From: a virus
Length of the DNA: 64,000 nt
Virus record (IMG/VR): IMGVR_UViG_3300025652_000043
Location: 1-64,000 of that record
Direction: 5' to 3' (one strand)
Below the pieces are notes generated by a model. It was not told the DNA's origin. It made no database searches and saw only the letters and a program-made list of their open reading frames with translations. The first letter of the stretch is position 1. Each line of letters opens with the position of its first letter. Positions 60,139 to 64,000 of the stretch are shown one piece after another. The translations under genes were made by a program, and so were the position numbers.

Positions 60139-60374
60139 GGTCTTTGTTTTAGATGGAATTAATAAAAATGTGTTTTGGTCTCTAGTTTTACAAGTGAGAA
60201 GCTTGGCATATTAGGCTATGTTACAAAATGTATTTGAATTTTGGTATTGCTAAATATAGTGGTTATTTGGTGACTGTGTTCTATTGCACACATTATCAGC
60301 CTGTTAGCCTTAATACTTGAAGTAATACTTTAACCAATTACATTCTACTTAACAGCTTAACTTTTACTGCTTGA

Positions 60375-60390
60375 ATTAGTGAGGGTATTG
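60375..60390 (-). promoter_or_regulatory. Putative phage early promoter motif, copy 1
   Basis: + strand ATTAGTGAGGGTATTG (consensus WHTAGTnnnGGTnTTG). Confidence 0.65.
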
Positions 60391-60417
60391 CATTGGGAAA
60401 AACAAATTGATTAAAAA

Positions 60418-60456
60418 ACCACTCCTATTTAGTTATTCAACTAATATAAGAGTGGT
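60418..60456 (-). terminator. Intrinsic terminator
   Basis: ACCACTC..TTAGTT-loop-AACTAA..GAGTGGT, followed by a T-tract on the minus strand. Confidence 0.65.
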
Positions 60457-60644
60457 CTGAGTCATTTTTCCATTTTTATTTAATAGGTACAAAGAAAGCT
60501 ACCAATAAACTCAATTCTATTTACACACATCAGGATGTTAAATAGTATGGTAGTAAACCAAATCCCTAACAAGCTATGTAGCCTGATCTGAATTAAATAC
60601 ATATATGCAAGGACTACATTAAGTTAGTACTTTGCCTTGCTTAA

Positions 60645-60660
60645 ATTAGTGAGGGTTTTG
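60645..60660 (-). promoter_or_regulatory. Putative phage early promoter motif, copy 2
   Basis: ATTAGTGAGGGTTTTG. Confidence 0.65.
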
Positions 60661-60706
60661 AACTGGGAGTTAATAAATAAATAATCCTTTATACCTTTAA
60701 TAGAGT

Positions 60707-60722
60707 ATAAGTTGGGGTATTG
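60707..60722 (-). promoter_or_regulatory. Degenerate early promoter motif, copy 3
   Basis: ATAAGTTGGGGTATTG. Confidence 0.45.
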
Positions 60723-60744
60723 AATAAAAAATAAAATAGAAAAG

Positions 60745-60776
60745 AAACAAGATGTCTAATTAAAGACACCTTGTTT
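60745..60776 (-). terminator. Intrinsic terminator
   Basis: AAACAAGATGTCT-loop-AGACACCTTGTTT directly after a stop codon. Confidence 0.65.
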
Positions 60777-60779
60777 ATT

Positions 60780-61088
60780 TTAAAGCTCTTGTTCATACTT
60801 AGCAAGAGCTACTTTATCTATTGATTCTTCTGATGCAAATAAAACATTATGTACTTGCATAGATGATTTAATATCTTTAGTAATCTTGTTTATTAATACT
60901 TCAAATGTATTAATATGGTTTTCCAAAAGAATAACTCTTGACTTTTTGTGTGATGGTGTGTTTACCTCCATCTCCACAAATGCCATAGTTAATTCATCCC
61001 ATTGGTCTCTGATTGCTATTAATTCTTGAGTTGACAAGTCAACTGTTTTGCCTACAATGGCATCTGCTCTTCTAAGTTTTAAGTCCAT
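60780..61088 (-). CDS. Hypothetical early protein
   Basis: 102 aa, TAAATACAT leader. Confidence 0.7.
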   Translation of the reverse strand: MDLKLRRADAIVGKTVDLSTQELIAIRDQWDELTMAFVEMEVNTPSHKKSRVILLENHINTFEVLINKITKDIKSSMQVHNVLFASEESIDKVALAKYEQEL

Positions 61089-61124
61089 ATTTATATGTAT
61101 TTATGAATGACAATGTTGTCTATA

Positions 61125-61140
61125 ATTAGTGGGGGTCTTG
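61125..61140 (-). promoter_or_regulatory. Putative phage early promoter motif, copy 4
   Basis: ATTAGTGGGGGTCTTG. Confidence 0.65.
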
Positions 61141-61160
61141 AATTGAGATTAAAAGAAAAA

Positions 61161-61190
61161 GAATCCAGGTACATTGCTGTACCCAGATTC
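61161..61190 (-). terminator. Intrinsic terminator
   Basis: GAATCCAGGTACA-loop-TGTACCCAGATTC with a T-tract on the minus strand. Confidence 0.65.
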
Positions 61191-61197
61191 TAACATG

Positions 61198-61452
61198 CTA
61201 AAACTCTGCTACTGTATTAGAGTCTTTGATGTTTATCATACATGCTTCCATGTAATCCCCATCCTCTACTAGAAATGCTATTTCAGCATTTATATCAAGG
61301 TCTCCTTGAGCTTTGTAGGTTTTCCCACTTGCTCCTACTACGAAGAACTTACCATTTTTAGGGTTTTTCTTCAACTTCATGCTTGGCTCATTAGCCAATG
61401 ATTTGAACTCACTAATTGTTAGGAATTCAATGTTACCTGATGTATTTTCCAT
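61198..61452 (-). CDS. Hypothetical early protein
   Basis: 84 aa (KNPKNGKFFV), TAAATACAT leader. Confidence 0.7.
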   Translation of the reverse strand: MENTSGNIEFLTISEFKSLANEPSMKLKKNPKNGKFFVVGASGKTYKAQGDLDINAEIAFLVEDGDYMEACMINIKDSNTVAEF

Positions 61453-61493
61453 AATATATGTATTTAGACGACTTTTAGTTTATATCGTCATAA

Positions 61494-61509
61494 ACTAGTA
61501 AGGGTTTTG
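61494..61509 (-). promoter_or_regulatory. Putative phage early promoter motif, copy 5
   Basis: ACTAGTAAGGGTTTTG. Confidence 0.65.
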
Positions 61510-61596
61510 AATTGGGAAATGAAGAAAAAATAAACAATATACCTCCACTACTACACTATATTATTATCAACTAATAACCTTATAAAGGTTTAAAAA

Positions 61597-61628
61597 ATAA
61601 CCCAAGTGTATCTCTACACTCAGGTTAT
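61597..61628 (-). terminator. Intrinsic terminator (near-duplicate of 62131-62162)
   Basis: ATAACCCAAGTGTA-TCTC-TACACTCAGGTTAT. Confidence 0.65.
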
Positions 61629-61634
61629 TAGTTA

Positions 61635-62051
61635 CTACATTTTGTCTATGACCTTAGAGGCTTTATGAGATATAGCTTTGTCCTTGAACATCTCTCTCTT
61701 CTCATCAACAGACAACAAGTCTTCACACTCATAGTACAGTTCTCTTTCCTTAGCAAGGTCATTCATTAAGTTTATAATGACAGACTGATGCTTATAAGCT
61801 TTGATAAACTCTGCCAAGTCTTTATCACAAGACTCTATAAGGTCTTCACTTTCCAATAGTTTAGCACCTACTAATCTAGATTGTAAGATACTAATAAGGA
61901 AAACAGATTGACTATCACTAACTGTTTGACCAAAGTCAAGTCTAGTGTTACCAACATTGAATACTGTTCTGAGTTCAACAGCTCTAGCTTCTTGTAGATT
62001 AACATTGATAGTGTCTACACTCAATTTCAACTCAATAAATAATTCTAACAT
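61635..62051 (-). CDS. Hypothetical early protein
   Basis: 138 aa, TAAATACAT leader. Confidence 0.7.
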   Translation of the reverse strand: MLELFIELKLSVDTINVNLQEARAVELRTVFNVGNTRLDFGQTVSDSQSVFLISILQSRLVGAKLLESEDLIESCDKDLAEFIKAYKHQSVIINLMNDLAKERELYYECEDLLSVDEKREMFKDKAISHKASKVIDKM

Positions 62052-62093
62052 AATACATGTATTTAAGATAGTAAATTCAGCTTACTATCTCAA

Positions 62094-62109
62094 ACTAGTC
62101 TGGGTATTG
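62094..62109 (-). promoter_or_regulatory. Putative phage early promoter motif, copy 6
   Basis: ACTAGTCTGGGTATTG. Confidence 0.65.
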
Positions 62110-62130
62110 AAATATGTAAAAAACATAAAA

Positions 62131-62162
62131 ATAACCTAAGTATATCTCTATACTTAGGTTAT
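62131..62162 (-). terminator. Intrinsic terminator
   Basis: Perfect 14-bp stem ATAACCTAAGTATA-TCTC-TATACTTAGGTTAT. Confidence 0.75.
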
Positions 62163-62168
62163 TAGTTA

Positions 62169-62528
62169 CTACTTTTCAATATCAAAGCTCTTATGAACTT
62201 TGTTTAAAGTCTTCTTCATACCTATAGTAGGTATAATTGCAAAGACAACACCTGAAGAGTAGAATGTCAACATGTCTTTTTCAGGTGTACCATGCATACA
62301 CTTAGGATAGAGACCAATACCTGAAGTAGAAGTATGTCCATCTTTCTCTTCAAGATGTACTACCATAGAATATCCTTCCTGATTCTCCATCCACTCTATG
62401 TCAGTAGATATGCCAACTACAGTTTCACCATAGTTATCTCCTCCAAATAGGAAAGCAGAGATGACTAGTTTCTCTAAATCAGAATAGTAAGTTGCTGTTT
62501 CCTTGTTAATGTCAATAAGATTCTTCAT
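62169..62528 (-). CDS. Hypothetical early protein
   Basis: 119 aa, TAAATACAT leader. Confidence 0.7.
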   Translation of the reverse strand: MKNLIDINKETATYYSDLEKLVISAFLFGGDNYGETVVGISTDIEWMENQEGYSMVVHLEEKDGHTSTSGIGLYPKCMHGTPEKDMLTFYSSGVVFAIIPTIGMKKTLNKVHKSFDIEK

Positions 62529-62570
62529 AATATATGTATTTAAGATAGCTTTTAGATTATACTATCATAA

Positions 62571-62586
62571 ACTAGTGAAGGTATTG
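62571..62586 (-). promoter_or_regulatory. Putative phage early promoter motif, copy 7
   Basis: ACTAGTGAAGGTATTG. Confidence 0.65.
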
Positions 62587-62603
62587 AAATATGTAAAAAA
62601 GAA

Positions 62604-62628
62604 AAGAGTAAGCCAGAAGCCTACTCTT
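62604..62628 (-). terminator. Intrinsic terminator
   Basis: AAGAGTA.GC-loop-GC.TACTCTT with a T-tract on the minus strand. Confidence 0.6.
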
Positions 62629-62634
62629 GTTCTC

Positions 62635-62958
62635 TTAGATACCATGTGTTGTGTAACATGTATCCATCATCTCATTTAATGTCCACTCTACTTCATGTTG
62701 AAGTTCTTCTTCAGGTGTATAGTCTTCATCAGGATATTCCACTTCTGCTAGAGTTTCATAAGACTCTCCAGTTTCATGGTCTTTCCAAGTTAAGACATAC
62801 TGGTCTTCACTTATTCTATTAACAGTGATAGAACAACATCCTCTCTTACTTTGTAAGATGTAATGGTCATTTGATGGTTTGCTTAGGAGAGTCAGTCCAA
62901 CTAGGACTGCAACAACTAAGACTAGTACGGGCAATATATATTTGTCTTTCATATTCAT
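62635..62958 (-). CDS. Membrane-anchored acidic early protein
   Basis: N-terminal TM (ILPVLVLVVAVLVGLTLL) and acidic C-terminal half. Confidence 0.65.
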   Translation of the reverse strand: MNMKDKYILPVLVLVVAVLVGLTLLSKPSNDHYILQSKRGCCSITVNRISEDQYVLTWKDHETGESYETLAEVEYPDEDYTPEEELQHEVEWTLNEMMDTCYTTHGI

Positions 62959-62960
62959 AA

Positions 62961-62976
62961 ATTAGTTAAGGTATTG
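62961..62976 (-). promoter_or_regulatory. Putative phage early promoter motif, copy 8
   Basis: ATTAGTTAAGGTATTG, abutting the ATG (possibly a leaderless mRNA). Confidence 0.6.
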
Positions 62977-62989
62977 AGTGATAGTTAAA

Positions 62990-63013
62990 GGGAGGTGATA
63001 CTATACCACCCCC
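62990..63013 (-). terminator. Possible intrinsic terminator
   Basis: GGGAGGTG...CACCCCC stem after the stop of 63023..63325. Confidence 0.45.
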
Positions 63014-63022
63014 CTATTGGTA

Positions 63023-63325
63023 TTATGTACAGTTATGTACCCAATACTTATGTCCACATATAGGACATTGATGATACTCCAACCAAGCATAGTATGGAGT
63101 GCTATCTAAACCAAGTAGTACTGTCTCAGTTCTATGAATAGCTTCCATCATCTCAGGTACAGGAGCATCACATTGTACACAATGAGTATGAGCATTCACC
63201 TCAATGTTTTCTATCTTGTCTGTACTACAGTCAACAAGATCTCTCCAATCTCTACTGATATGGTCTATAGCATGTATAGTACCATCTATACTCCATATAA
63301 GAGTATAACTTCTTCTTGTGTTCAT
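63023..63325 (-). CDS. Early protein with zinc finger
   Basis: CVQC...CPIC; TAAATACAT leader. Confidence 0.7.
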   Translation of the reverse strand: MNTRRSYTLIWSIDGTIHAIDHISRDWRDLVDCSTDKIENIEVNAHTHCVQCDAPVPEMMEAIHRTETVLLGLDSTPYYAWLEYHQCPICGHKYWVHNCT

Positions 63326-63380
63326 TACACATATGTATTTAATATGGCTCTCACTTGTGGGCAGAGAGCCTACTCCCTTA

Positions 63381-63396
63381 CTTAGTCAAGGTGTTG
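63381..63396 (-). promoter_or_regulatory. Putative phage early promoter motif, copy 9
   Basis: CTTAGTCAAGGTGTTG. Confidence 0.55.
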
Positions 63397-63400
63397 TCAC

Positions 63401-63628
63401 CTAGAATGGCAGGTCATCATACAATTCCCTGTCATCTAGATTACAATCATCCTCTACATCATACCAGTCCTCACATTCAATGTCTTCTGGTATATCATTC
63501 CCTATGTAGTAATAGTCTACATAGTGATACACATCAGATAGACACTCTCCTGTTGAGAAAGTCTGACCATGATAAGTGTCACACTCCTTGGTGTCACACA
63601 TAGATTGATAGATAAATACTAGATCCAT
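63401..63628 (-). CDS. Very acidic small early protein ending in DDLPF
   Basis: 75 aa, Asp/Glu/Tyr/Cys-rich; first gene after promoter copy 10. Confidence 0.65.
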   Translation of the reverse strand: MDLVFIYQSMCDTKECDTYHGQTFSTGECLSDVYHYVDYYYIGNDIPEDIECEDWYDVEDDCNLDDRELYDDLPF

Positions 63629-63724
63629 GTCTCTATAGGTTAATACTCTCCACCATAATATATATTCATGGCTGAGAATACTTGGTTATCTCCCAATTCA
63701 AGGGGGGAGTTTCCCTTTCCTAAA

Positions 63725-63740
63725 ACTAGTGGGGGTGTTG
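63725..63740 (-). promoter_or_regulatory. Putative phage early promoter motif, copy 10 (first of the early block)
   Basis: ACTAGTGGGGGTGTTG. Confidence 0.65.
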
Positions 63741-63838
63741 TTATAATAGGCATACATATTCCATAACCCTACAAAAATTTTTTTCTAAATAATTTTTAGA
63801 TATTTCACTTAATACTTAAATTGTATTAATATTTTTCT

Positions 63839-63846
63839 TAACTTTG
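63839..63846 (+). promoter_or_regulatory. Bacteroidota sigma70 -7 element of a divergent promoter
   Basis: TAACTTTG, 5 nt before the ATG at 63851. Confidence 0.5.
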
Positions 63847-63850
63847 ATTT

Positions 63851-64000
63851 ATGATGACACCAGAAAAACAAAAAAGAGAATTAGACCGTTGTAAAAATGG
63901 TCATAAGGATATGACAGGAGAAGAGTACTTTTTCTATAATTATTTTAAGATAGGTGGACAGTTGCCTAATCCTAGAACATATACCAAAGAAAGGTTCAAA
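63851..64000 (+). CDS. 5' end of an ORF resembling the N-terminal segment of crAss-like large terminase (truncated by window)
   Basis: MMTPEKQKRELDRCKNGHKDMTGEEYFFYNYFKI..., open to the window end. Confidence 0.4.
   Translation, partial: MMTPEKQKRELDRCKNGHKDMTGEEYFFYNYFKIGGQLPNPRTYTKERFK

Noticed and set aside
33564-63603. Plus-strand ORFs inside the minus-strand block (e.g. 33564, 36430, 40453, 41683, 46495, 50674, 57762, 63134, 63355)
   Set aside because: Antisense shadows overlapping well-supported genes.
60375-63740. CRISPR array or integron attC interpretation of the repeated early motif
   Set aside because: Repeats are 16-nt degenerate and irregularly spaced by whole genes; no cas or integrase gene in the window.
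1-64000. Stop-codon reassignment (TAG or TGA), as found in some crAss-like phages
   Set aside because: Very long ORFs are intact in code 11, and both TAG and TGA terminate genes at tight junctions.

Overview
A 64 kb segment of a lytic crAss-like (Crassvirales-type) podophage genome, probably infecting a Bacteroidota/Flavobacteriia host. It is AT-rich, strongly CG-depleted and uses the standard genetic code. The + strand (1-32306) carries lysis genes, tail ring and muzzle proteins, an IHF/HU-like protein and four ejected cargo proteins, including a 4499-aa virion RNA polymerase (DFDVDK catalytic motif, C-terminal HEXXH zincin). The - strand (32330-63740) carries dUTPase, GroES/GroEL, nucleases, a replication module (primase, SSB, Sak4-like ATPase, DnaB-like, SF2 and Dda-like helicases, T7-like PolA) and an early region of small genes. 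The top candidate system is a contiguous phage-encoded ubiquitin-like conjugation operon (Ubl fusion, E2-like, JAB, E1/ThiF; 39656-43585). The early region is built from repeated cassettes: a putative phage promoter CAANACCNNNACTART (about 10 copies), a hairpin, a TAAATACAT leader, an ORF and a terminator. It also has an inverted leader copy that could act as an antisense RNA, twin covarying RNA stems and an acidic protein ending in an SSB-like DDLPF tail. All functional calls come from motif recognition by eye; no searches were run.
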